DNA of 64,000 bases from Clostridia bacterium (GTDB lineage: Bacteria > Bacillota > Clostridia > TANB77 > CAG-508): the NCBI GenBank assembly GCA_017470645.1, contig JAFUYJ010000028.1, positions 7,498 through 71,497 on the forward strand, in the 5' to 3' direction. The position numbers and the translations under genes are program-made. Shown piece by piece: positions 9,024 to 19,867 of the stretch; position 1 is the first letter of the stretch; the number at the start of each line of letters is the position of its first letter. Below the pieces are notes generated by a model. The model did not search any database. It had not been told where the DNA came from and worked only from the letters and a program-made list of their open reading frames with translations.

Positions 9024-10020
9024 TTATCTTTCAAATATTACTCTCATCCAAACAGCTAAAACATATCCTATAATCCCACATACTGGGAAGGTATATCCCC
9101 ATGTTTTACATATTCCTAAAAATTTCTTTAAGTTAAATTTTTGACCATTTGATTTGGCAACTCCTATTATAGACATTGTTTTGGCATGTGTTGTACTTAC
9201 AGGTAAACCGTGTTAAACTTGCTATAAGTAAAGTAATAATTGTGGTAATATCACTAAATAGTCCTTCTTGTATACTTAGAGTAGCCATATCTGATCCTAT
9301 GTTTTGTACAATTTTTTTACCCCCAAATGAGCAACCAATTGCCATTACAATTGCTGTAAATAGTATTATTTCTATATAATCGAATGGTGCTGCCGATTCT
9401 GGTATTGCGGTTTTTCGTAACAAACACATAAAAATAATTAAAAGTCCAATAAACTTCTGACCATCTTGTGCTCCATGCATAAAAGACATACCACACGTAT
9501 TTATAATTTGCGCGTTTTTTATTTTGTTTTCGCTTACTTTATTTATTACGTTTTTTAATGATTTTGTTATTATCACACTAATAATATATGTTCCTGCTAT
9601 AGACCACGCCAATCCTACTAAGACGTTTATCCAGTCATGATAATTAACTCCATTAATTCCATATATAGCAATAGCACTTCCTGTTAGTCCCGCCACTAAT
9701 GCATGAGTTTCACTTGTTGGCACACCGAATAATAAAGCTACCAGTGCAAAAACAATAACAGAAATAATAGCACTTATCAGCACTATATACCCCAAAATTC
9801 CATCATTAAAATTAACCATAGAACTTATGCAATTTGCTACCGAAAAATTTGCAAAACTCATTACTATTATACCAATTAAATTAAAAATAGCACTTAAAAC
9901 AGCTGCTTTTTTAAATTCCATAACCTTAGTTCCAACTAAAGTTGCTATAGCATTTGGAGCATCTGTTAGTGCATTTGTGAATATCAAAATTGTAATTATT
10001 AACAATATAGTTATTTTCAT
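9024..10020 (-). CDS. Inorganic phosphate transporter, PiT family. The frame is interrupted as assembled and needs a +1 shift at CGG (9210..9208).
   Basis: The N-terminus (FTNALTDAPNAIAT) is PiT-like. After ...IASLT the 0 frame reads RFTCKYN... and stops at 9133. The +1 frame reads GLPVSTTHAKTMSIIGVAK...VWMRVIFER (the conserved GxPVSTTH motif) and stays open to the TAA at 9026..9024. Confidence 0.8.
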
Positions 10021-10216
10021 TTTCTTACCTTCTTTTACTCTTTCATTTTATCATTTGTTTTTATAATTTTATTCCATTCTTTTTATATTATACATCTGTT
10101 TTTTTATAATTCAATATTCTAATAGATTTTTATCAAATAATTTTTACTTTTTTATTTGAAGTTGATATTATAACAAAAATAATATATAATTAATTCCGCA
10201 AAGGAGGTTACATCAT

Positions 10217-11941
10217 ATGGCTTTTGATGGATTAGTTACAAAATCAATTGTTAATGAATTAAACCAATTTATAGTTGGTGGAAAAATAAATAAGATTTTT
10301 GAACCTAACAAAAACGAGATTATATTAGGTATATATAATAGTGGAAAAAACTACGCTTTAAACTGCACCATTAGTGTAGATAATTATAGAATTAATTTAA
10401 CTACAAAATCTAAACCCAACCCTTTAAATGCTCCTAATTTTTGCATGTTATTAAGGAAGCATTTAATTGGCGGAAGAATCAAAAAAATCTCAATGCACGG
10501 TTTAGAAAGAATTGTAATTCTTGAACTTGAATGTTACAACGAACTAAACGATTTAATTGTTAAAAAGCTTGTTATTGAGCTTATGGGAAAACATAGTAAT
10601 ATTATTCTGCTAAACGATAAAAATATTATAATAGATAGTCTAAGACACCTTGACTCATATAATAATTCAACTAGAGATATTCTACCTGCTCACCCATACG
10701 AACTACCTGAAATAAGCAAATTGGATTTTTTGGCTGTAAAAGATTTTGAAGAGTTCTATTTGCAATGTAAAGATTTGCCAGATTTAGAAAACGGTATTTC
10801 AAATACCTATAATGGTATTAGTAGACTATTTATACAAAGCATTATGGCAGAGAAAAATATAGATAATACTGTTAATAAAGAAAACTTAAAAATATTATAC
10901 GATTATTTATCTAGCTGTATACATGATATTGTTTATTTAAAAAGCTACAACAAAGACTACACATTAACCACTATACCTCAAGAATATGAATTTAATAATT
11001 CAAAAGACTCTACTTTACCATACTTAAACTTTTACTTAGACGATTTCTATACAATGAAAGAACAAAATGCTGACTTTACAAATTACAGGAACAGTGTTTT
11101 GAAGCTTGTTGATGGAACTTTAAAAAAGATAACAAAAAAACTAAAAAATATAAATATAAAATTAAAAGAATGTGAAGACAAAGATAAATTCCAATTGTAT
11201 GGCGAATTAATTACAGCCAATATGTATCAGTACAAAGAGTTTAAAAGTGATTCAATTGAAGTATCAAACTATTACGACAACAACAATATTATAAAAATTC
11301 CTGTTAACAAAAATCTTTCACCGTCTGTAAATGCGAAGAACTACTATAAAAAATACAACAAATTAAAAAACGCTCTAGAAATAGTAAATAAACAAAAGGC
11401 CGAAACAATTGAAGAACTAGACTATATAGAAAGCATCATATATTCATTAGAAAATGCTAGAACATTAGTTGACATTGAAGAAATATATAGTGAGATCAAA
11501 GAAAATGATTTATTCTTCAGCAAAAAAAATAAACTTAATCAAAATGTAAAATCAACAAAACTAAAAAATAAAAACAAAAAATTAGATAAAGAATATATTC
11601 CTATTGAATACAAAATTGAAGACTATACTTTTTTAGTAGGAAAAAACAACAAACAAAACGATTACCTTTCTACAAAAGTATTAAAAACAAATGATATGTG
11701 GTTTCATACCAAAGATATTCATGGAAGTCACGGTGTTTTACTAACAAATGGAACTACACCATCTATAGACATCATTATTAGATGTGCTCAAATTGTAGCA
11801 TATTATAGTAAGGCGAGACTATCTTCAAACGTGCCTGTTGACTATACTTTAGGAAAATACGTAAAAAAGCCATCAAATAGTAAACCGGGGTTTGTAATTT
11901 ATACTAATAACTCAACTGTGAATGTTAATCCAAAATTATAA
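10217..11941 (+). CDS. rqcH: Ribosome quality-control factor RqcH (NFACT / FbpA-type fibronectin-binding protein A family)
   Basis: N-terminus MAFDGLVTKSIVNEL...KINKIF and C-terminal DUF814-like segment FHTKDIHGSHGVL. 574 aa. Confidence 0.85.
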   Translation: MAFDGLVTKSIVNELNQFIVGGKINKIFEPNKNEIILGIYNSGKNYALNCTISVDNYRINLTTKSKPNPLNAPNFCMLLRKHLIGGRIKKISMHGLERIVILELECYNELNDLIVKKLVIELMGKHSNIILLNDKNIIIDSLRHLDSYNNSTRDILPAHPYELPEISKLDFLAVKDFEEFYLQCKDLPDLENGISNTYNGISRLFIQSIMAEKNIDNTVNKENLKILYDYLSSCIHDIVYLKSYNKDYTLTTIPQEYEFNNSKDSTLPYLNFYLDDFYTMKEQNADFTNYRNSVLKLVDGTLKKITKKLKNINIKLKECEDKDKFQLYGELITANMYQYKEFKSDSIEVSNYYDNNNIIKIPVNKNLSPSVNAKNYYKKYNKLKNALEIVNKQKAETIEELDYIESIIYSLENARTLVDIEEIYSEIKENDLFFSKKNKLNQNVKSTKLKNKNKKLDKEYIPIEYKIEDYTFLVGKNNKQNDYLSTKVLKTNDMWFHTKDIHGSHGVLLTNGTTPSIDIIIRCAQIVAYYSKARLSSNVPVDYTLGKYVKKPSNSKPGFVIYTNNSTVNVNPKL

Positions 11942-12003
11942 ATACGCCTAAAAATGAATGATGCTCAGCAAAACAAGGAAACGTTGCCTTGTTTTGCTGG
12001 GCA

Positions 12004-12543
12004 TCATTCATTTTCAGGTGGATTTATAATTTTCTGTATCTCTTCATTGTTTAGAATTTCCGGATTCAAACATCCCTTTACATATGACATAGTTTTCGCA
12101 TTCTGCATTAAAGCTGCAGCAGCAATTTCAACATCAGACCTAGCATCCAAACTAGCATATTTAATAATAATTCCTTTGTTTTTTACAGCCTCCAAAACAA
12201 CATCCTTGTCATTTCTTAGCTCCTTAGATGCATAATACAAAGCCTGTCCATCATTCTTAACAGCTTTAAGCATCAACTCTTTATCTGCCCTTAATCTATC
12301 ACTTGCATAACACATAACCCAACCAACCGTTTCAACAGAAGCCATTAAAATATCTTTGTCATCTTTTAGTCTATCGCTGGCAAATTCTAGTGCTCCGGGA
12401 TTTTGTTTAACTGCCTTCATAACCAACTCTTTATCATCTTTTATTTCATTTCCTGCCCATTCTAAATATAAGCCAGACTCTTGTAATGCATTTGAAAACA
12501 ACTCCTTGTTTTGTGAATTATTCTTCAACTCTTCTACATCCAT
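12004..12543 (-). CDS. DUF4116 repeat protein
   Basis: Tandem repeats of the DKE[LV]V[ML][KE]AVKQN..AL.[FY]AS..L[KR].DK type. Confidence 0.6.
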   Translation of the reverse strand: MDVEELKNNSQNKELFSNALQESGLYLEWAGNEIKDDKELVMKAVKQNPGALEFASDRLKDDKDILMASVETVGWVMCYASDRLRADKELMLKAVKNDGQALYYASKELRNDKDVVLEAVKNKGIIIKYASLDARSDVEIAAAALMQNAKTMSYVKGCLNPEILNNEEIQKIINPPENE

Positions 12544-12606
12544 TTTTATCTTGCCTCCTAGCTAATTGAAACTTTTTGTCAAAGTCTCCAAAAGTATCTC
12601 TCATAC

Positions 12607-13539
12607 TTATCTTTTTTTCTTTCTTGTATACTCTCTCTGCTCTACGTTTGGAAATGCACTTATTAATCTCTTGTTTAGCTTAGATTCCTTAACAAATTTT
12701 TCTTTTACTTTCTTATTAAAAATCTTCATATCTTTAATTCCAGCAACTTTATCAGATAAATCCTTTGCAATATCTTTAATTTTATCATCAATTATTTGTA
12801 TACGATTTTTGAAGCTTTCAACTAGCGTTGGTTGCACACTTTTTATGGTTCTAGTATATGTTTTTCTTGTGTAATTCATAATTGGTGCCAACGTAAAATT
12901 CTTTATATCTATTTTCTTCATTAAATTTTCTTTTTCTAGTTTTAACCTTGCAATAGCAGCCTCAGCTGTTTCTCTTACCTTTTTGCTTATTTCCTCGGTA
13001 CTATCTTTTTCTTGTTTGCTTAAATTTTTAAATCTCAAAATAATATTAAAAGATATAACACAATCAGCAATGTATATAATTAAAATACTAATTACCACAT
13101 ACATTAATATGTTTGATGGAATCATGTATAATTTATCTAATATCCATGGATTTACAATACTTATTATTGCTGTACACAACACACCAAACGGAATAAGTGT
13201 TCCTAAACATACTCTTCCATTTATATTAAATTTACTTTGGCTGTAATCCCACCATCTTGCATGGAATATTTTTTCCATAAAGTAACTTGTTAAATACTCT
13301 AAAGTTCCACACACTAATGTTGCCAATATAAACAACAGAACTACATTGTCTGCAAATCTACTTAGCAATACGTGTCCTAACACGACCCCCACACCATATA
13401 TAGGACAATACGGTCCTATTAAAAAACCTCTATTTACAAATTTATGCTTTTGAATAACGCCCAGCGTACATTCCATAATCCATCCAGCTACTGCATAAAT
13501 TATAAACATTAAAAAAAATATCTCTATATTATATATCAT
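12607..13539 (-). CDS. Membrane protein, PF06541-like (paralogue of 6782..7690)
   Basis: Motifs YAVAGWIMECTLG, LIGPYCPIYGVG and WWDYSQSKFNINGRVC. Its start overlaps the upstream ORF stop by 4 nt. Confidence 0.6.
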   Translation of the reverse strand: MIYNIEIFFLMFIIYAVAGWIMECTLGVIQKHKFVNRGFLIGPYCPIYGVGVVLGHVLLSRFADNVVLLFILATLVCGTLEYLTSYFMEKIFHARWWDYSQSKFNINGRVCLGTLIPFGVLCTAIISIVNPWILDKLYMIPSNILMYVVISILIIYIADCVISFNIILRFKNLSKQEKDSTEEISKKVRETAEAAIARLKLEKENLMKKIDIKNFTLAPIMNYTRKTYTRTIKSVQPTLVESFKNRIQIIDDKIKDIAKDLSDKVAGIKDMKIFNKKVKEKFVKESKLNKRLISAFPNVEQREYTRKKKR

Positions 13540-13781
13540 TCGTTCACTCCTACCTTATACTCTATGTTCTCCATAAATGGAAACATTTCTTTAACCCTTT
13601 TATGAGTTATTATCGCATGCCTTGGTTGAGGATTTTTATCATCTGCCTCCAATAACTTTTGCGTATAACAATTATCTGCCGTCTTAAAAAGCAGATACCT
13701 ATTTCTTACATATGTAAAAAACATCTGATACCCATCATTCAAATTTTTATCAAATTCCTTAAATGTATACTTTCCATCCAT
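13536..13781 (-). CDS. Small hypothetical protein (81 aa from ATG 13781)
   Basis: An ORF with SD GGAAAGGAAAA upstream of ATG GAT GGA. It appears translationally coupled (ATGA overlap) to 12607..13539. I recognise no family. Confidence 0.45.
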   Translation of the reverse strand: MDGKYTFKEFDKNLNDGYQMFFTYVRNRYLLFKTADNCYTQKLLEADDKNPQPRHAIITHKRVKEMFPFMENIEYKVGVNE

Positions 13782-13840
13782 CAATTGTTTTCCTTTCCAA
13801 TACAAATTTTATATTTATCTCTCCTACACACACTCCCTCG

Positions 13841-13953
13841 GAGAAAAAAAATATTCTTTTTTCGCGAGTGCGCAGTTTGGCGCTCCCACCATAAACAATC
13901 CTCCCAAACACCGCACGCCAGTAAACGAACGAAAAAAGAATATTTTTTTTCTC
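13841..13953. repeat. 113-nt inverted-repeat element: a perfect 24-bp A/T-rich stem around a GC-rich 65-nt core
   Basis: GAGAAAAAAAATATTCTTTTTTCG (13841..13864) is exactly complementary to 13930..13953. The core adds a second helix, GTGCGCAGTTTGG / CCAAACACCGCAC (11 of 13 bp). Confidence 0.85.
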
Positions 13954-13982
13954 TCGGCAACACACTTAAAAGCAAAAGAAAC

Positions 13983-16043
<2,061 letters not shown>

Positions 16044-16157
16044 TTATAAAAAGATGCTTGGGTTAATTTTTTTGACAAATTTCATGATGAATTTTTAAGT
16101 AGTCCCCAAAAACAGTTCCCAAAAACATCAATATTAGTCTAGCAGTATATTATCATA

Positions 16158-16196
16158 AAAGCAAGTAATTATCAATAAATTACTTGCTTTTTTTCT
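16158..16196 (-). terminator. Hairpin terminator downstream of nrdG
   Basis: AAAGCAAGTAATT-atcaata-AATTACTTGCTTT flanked by A/T runs. It could work in both directions. Confidence 0.6.
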
Positions 16197-16197
16197 A

Positions 16198-16689
16198 CTA
16201 TGCTATTGTTACAACTTTGTGTTCATTTAAACTTTTCTGAACATCTATAACACGTTGATTTGATGAACCTCTCCACTTCAAAGTAAAATCATGTAATTCA
16301 TCTTTATACTGTCCATCAACCAAAACATCAATATAATTCATTACCTCTTTATCTTTCAAATCCTCATCAAACTTAAAGCCTGACCAGGCCCAAATGCTTT
16401 TATCCGGATATCTTTCCTTGAAGGCTTTGGCAAGTTTAGTTGTCCCCTCAATATTATTTGGATGCATAGGCTCTCCACCCAGAATTGACAACCCTTTTAT
16501 ATGACCTTCTTTACACAAATCTAATACTTCATCTATTGTTTTCTGATTGAATTCTTTACCACCATCGAAATTCCACGTATTTGGATTGAAACAATTCTTA
16601 CAATGAAAAGCACAACCTTGCATAAATATTGAAACCCTAACTCCAGGTCCATTTGAAATATCCATCTTCCTAATCAAATTGTATCTCAT
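16198..16689 (-). CDS. nrdG: Anaerobic ribonucleoside-triphosphate reductase activating protein (radical SAM)
   Basis: NGPGVRVSIFMQGCAFHCKNCFNP cluster motif. 163 aa, directly downstream of nrdD. Confidence 0.92.
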   Translation of the reverse strand: MRYNLIRKMDISNGPGVRVSIFMQGCAFHCKNCFNPNTWNFDGGKEFNQKTIDEVLDLCKEGHIKGLSILGGEPMHPNNIEGTTKLAKAFKERYPDKSIWAWSGFKFDEDLKDKEVMNYIDVLVDGQYKDELHDFTLKWRGSSNQRVIDVQKSLNEHKVVTIA

Positions 16690-16727
16690 AAGTATCTTAC
16701 CACCCTTCTTAAGTATTTAGAGTAGTG

Positions 16728-18923
16728 CTATTTTCCCGCAACCTTATTATCAATATGTAAAACTCTCTCTTTAATCTCCTGAGTTCTACCCTTATTCCAG
16801 AAATTGCTTCCAATATATCCACATGTTCTTCTAGCAACATTTAATGTATTATGATCCCTATTACCACAATTTGGACAATACCATTCTAAATTATCATCAA
16901 TTAGAATCTCTCCATCATAACCACATTTTTGGCAATAATCTGATTTTGTATTCATTTCTGCATACATAATGTTATCATAAATAAATTTAATAACTTCAAT
17001 TACCGCATCCAAGTTGTTTTGTAAGTTTGGTGTTTCTACATAAGAAATAGCTCCACCTGGACTTAATTTTTGGAAATCACTTTCTAATTTTAATTTAGAG
17101 AATGCATCAATTTCTTCAAATACAGGAACATGATATGAATTTGTAATATATGATCTATCTGTAATTCCTTTAATTTTTCCAAATCTTTGTTGTAAGCATT
17201 TTGCAAATTTATATGTTGTAGACTCAATTGGTGTTCCATATACTGAATAATCAATATCCTCTTCTTCTTTCCATTTCTTAGTTGCATCATTCATATGTTG
17301 CATTACTTGTAATCCAAACTCTTTTCCTTCACCATTATCTGTATGTGAATGTCCTGTCATGTATTTAACACATTCATATAATCCTGCATATCCAAGCGAA
17401 ATTGTTGAATATCCATGACGTAATAATTCATGAATTGATTCACCTTTTTCAAGTCTTGCTAATGCTCCGTGTTGCCATAGAATCGGAGCAACATCACTTG
17501 TTACATTGCTTAATCTCTTATGTCTTAATTGTAATGCTTTGTGGCATAACTCTAATCTTTCATCAAATATCTTCCAGAATTTATCCATATCTTTCTTAGA
17601 TGATAAAGCTACATCTGGTAAGTTTATTGTAACAACACCTTGATTGAATCTTCCATAATATTTACCTTTTCCTTCAACATAGTTTTTAGCTTTTGAAATG
17701 TTTCCTAAACTCATTGTTCTATCTGGTGTTAAGAATGATCTACATCCCATGCATGGATAGCAATCTCCTTCTCCCATTTCATTTTTCTTTAATTCCTTCA
17801 TAACTTTTTCTGAAATATAATCTGGAACCATTCTCTTTGCAGTACATTTTGCTGCTAATTCTGTTAAGTACCAGTATTTGCTATTTTCATGAATGTTATC
17901 TTCTTCAAGAACATATAGAAGTTTTGGGAATGCTGGAGTAATATATACTCCTTTTTCGTTTTTGAATCCTTGAATTCTTTGGTTTAAGAATTCCTCTATA
18001 ATCATTGCTAATTCATCTTTATATTCGTCTGTTTCTCCTAGGTACATGTTAACTGATAGGAATGGTGCTTGTCCGTTTGTGTTTGTCATTGAGTTTACTT
18101 GATAGTTGAATGTTTGAACACCGTCAGCAACTTCTTTTCTTGTATCCATTTCAGCTAATTTTTTACAATCTTCTTCTTTAAGTTTATAGTCTTTATATTT
18201 TTTATAATATTTATCATAACTTGCTCTTACAAATGGAGCTAAGTGTGTAAGTGATACAGTTGCCCCTCCATAACTTGATGATGAAACTGCAAGAATAATT
18301 TGTGTTGCTATTGTTGCAGCTGTAATAAATCTATGAGGTTTTTCTATCATAACGCCGTTTATAATTGTTCCATTTTGTAACATATCATCTAAGTTTATTA
18401 GTTCACAATTGTGTAATGCATTTTGTGCAAAATAGTCGGCATCATGGAAATGAATAATTCCTTCGTCATGAGCTTTTACAATGTCTTCTGGTAATAAAAA
18501 TCTTCTTGTAATATCTGTACTTGTTATACCAGCTAAATAATCCCTTTGAGTTGTTACTACTGTTGCATTTTTATTAGAATTTTCGCTATTCCAATATTCG
18601 CTCTCTCCTTCAATTAATTCTTTAATTGATTGATCTGTTGTATTTGCTTTTCTAACTAATTCTCTTGTGTATCTATATGTAATGTATCTTTTGGCTAATT
18701 GATATTTATCAAATTCCATTAATTTTTCTTCGATTATATCTTGTATATCTTCAACCAATATACGTTTTTTGTTTAAATCTTCGATATATTGGATAATTTC
18801 TTCAATTTCTTCTTTTGTAGCTTTTTCTTTACCTCTAACCTCTGTATTAGCTTTTTGAATAGCTGTTCTAATTTTCTCTGGATCATAATCCACAATGTGT
18901 CCATCTCTTTTTACGATTTTCAT
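16728..18923 (-). CDS. nrdD: Anaerobic ribonucleoside-triphosphate reductase
   Basis: N-terminal ATP-cone, C-terminal Zn site (CQKCGY...CPNCG) and glycyl-radical motif RRTCGYIG. 731 aa. Confidence 0.95.
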   Translation of the reverse strand: MKIVKRDGHIVDYDPEKIRTAIQKANTEVRGKEKATKEEIEEIIQYIEDLNKKRILVEDIQDIIEEKLMEFDKYQLAKRYITYRYTRELVRKANTTDQSIKELIEGESEYWNSENSNKNATVVTTQRDYLAGITSTDITRRFLLPEDIVKAHDEGIIHFHDADYFAQNALHNCELINLDDMLQNGTIINGVMIEKPHRFITAATIATQIILAVSSSSYGGATVSLTHLAPFVRASYDKYYKKYKDYKLKEEDCKKLAEMDTRKEVADGVQTFNYQVNSMTNTNGQAPFLSVNMYLGETDEYKDELAMIIEEFLNQRIQGFKNEKGVYITPAFPKLLYVLEEDNIHENSKYWYLTELAAKCTAKRMVPDYISEKVMKELKKNEMGEGDCYPCMGCRSFLTPDRTMSLGNISKAKNYVEGKGKYYGRFNQGVVTINLPDVALSSKKDMDKFWKIFDERLELCHKALQLRHKRLSNVTSDVAPILWQHGALARLEKGESIHELLRHGYSTISLGYAGLYECVKYMTGHSHTDNGEGKEFGLQVMQHMNDATKKWKEEEDIDYSVYGTPIESTTYKFAKCLQQRFGKIKGITDRSYITNSYHVPVFEEIDAFSKLKLESDFQKLSPGGAISYVETPNLQNNLDAVIEVIKFIYDNIMYAEMNTKSDYCQKCGYDGEILIDDNLEWYCPNCGNRDHNTLNVARRTCGYIGSNFWNKGRTQEIKERVLHIDNKVAGK

Positions 18924-19112
18924 TTCTTTAGTTCCCCCTTCATAAGTTAAGTTAGCCGTTAGTAAGCACTGTATGCTTTTCTACATAGCTTTTGTATTCT
19001 TTAAAGAATTTTTCTTATTTCTTTTGAGTAAATTCTACCAATAAAATTACAATATAAAAAGTTGCACTTGCAACTTTTTGAAAATTTTGTTAAAATATTT
19101 TTGGTGATAATA

Positions 19113-19748
19113 ATGAACAGTCCTTTTGCTGATTTATCAAGGGTTCAGAGACTTAAGCTCTTCGAATTGCTTGATACACACGTATATAAATATAATAAAA
19201 ACGAAGACGTTTTGCCAACCATAAAAAATAGCAATATTATAGCTGTTATTTTAGAAGGTTCTGTGCAAATAAGTTACATAGAATATAATGGAAATGAAAT
19301 TATATTAGAAACTCTTAATAAAAATGATGTGTTTGGAACTAATATTTCTTCAACTGGTAATGATAATTGCGATATTATTGCAAAAGAAAATACTGAAGTA
19401 TTGGTAATAGACTATGTTAAATTAATGAATCCAAAAAACTTAAGATATCCATATTTCAATACTTTCTTTAGAAGTTTGTTTGATATAATAAATATAAAAT
19501 TCAAAGAAAAAAATGAACGTATGAGAATTTTAGAGAAAAAGCAAATTAGAGAACGATTGCTTGAATTCTTTGAAATTGAGCGTAAAAAATCTGGTTCAAG
19601 ATACGTTTATCTTCCATTTGCCCTTAAGGACTTAGCAGATTATATCTCTGTTAATAGATCTGCTATGTTTAGAGAGTTAAAGCATATGAAGGAGGAAAAG
19701 CTCATTGAAATTCAGGATAAAAGAGTTACACTGTTTTATCAATATTAA
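19113..19748 (+). CDS. Crp/Fnr family transcriptional regulator
   Basis: A cNMP-binding-like beta-barrel plus a C-terminal HTH (LADYISVNRSAMFRELKHMKEEKLI). I chose the ATG at 19113; the track start at 19062 is TTG. Confidence 0.75.
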   Translation: MNSPFADLSRVQRLKLFELLDTHVYKYNKNEDVLPTIKNSNIIAVILEGSVQISYIEYNGNEIILETLNKNDVFGTNISSTGNDNCDIIAKENTEVLVIDYVKLMNPKNLRYPYFNTFFRSLFDIINIKFKEKNERMRILEKKQIRERLLEFFEIERKKSGSRYVYLPFALKDLADYISVNRSAMFRELKHMKEEKLIEIQDKRVTLFYQY

Positions 19749-19792
19749 AAAAAGATAGAGAATAGAATGATGAGACTTTTTTGGAAGGTCTT

Positions 19793-19865
19793 TGAAACAT
19801 TTTGGGACGGTCTTTTTTGTTTCAGAATGGTGTTAATTCGAAGAAGACCGTCCCCAAACGTTTCA
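19793..19865. repeat. Palindromic intergenic repeat, family TGAAAC[A/G]TTT(T)GGGGACGGTCTT, copy 1, between the convergent crp/fnr and copA genes
   Basis: The left arm TGAAACATTTTGGGACGGTCTT pairs with the right arm AAGACCGTCCCCAAACGTTTCA. A related element lies at 28628..28719. Confidence 0.75.
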
Positions 19866-19867
19866 CA

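Noticed and set aside
18924-19112. NrdR boxes or a promoter in the nrdD / crp-fnr divergent region
   Set aside because: There is a hairpin (AAAAAGTTGCA-cttg-CAACTTTTT, ~19059..19079) and a weak palindrome (AAGCACTGTATGCTT). Neither matches the 16-bp NrdR box consensus well enough to call, and -35/-10 assignments were ambiguous.
19793-19865. The GGGGACGGTC palindromes as CsoR/CopY copper operators
   Set aside because: They lie downstream of copA, not upstream of copZ. A second copy sits next to unrelated genes. The sequence does not resemble known CsoR (TACCC...GGGTA) or CopY boxes.
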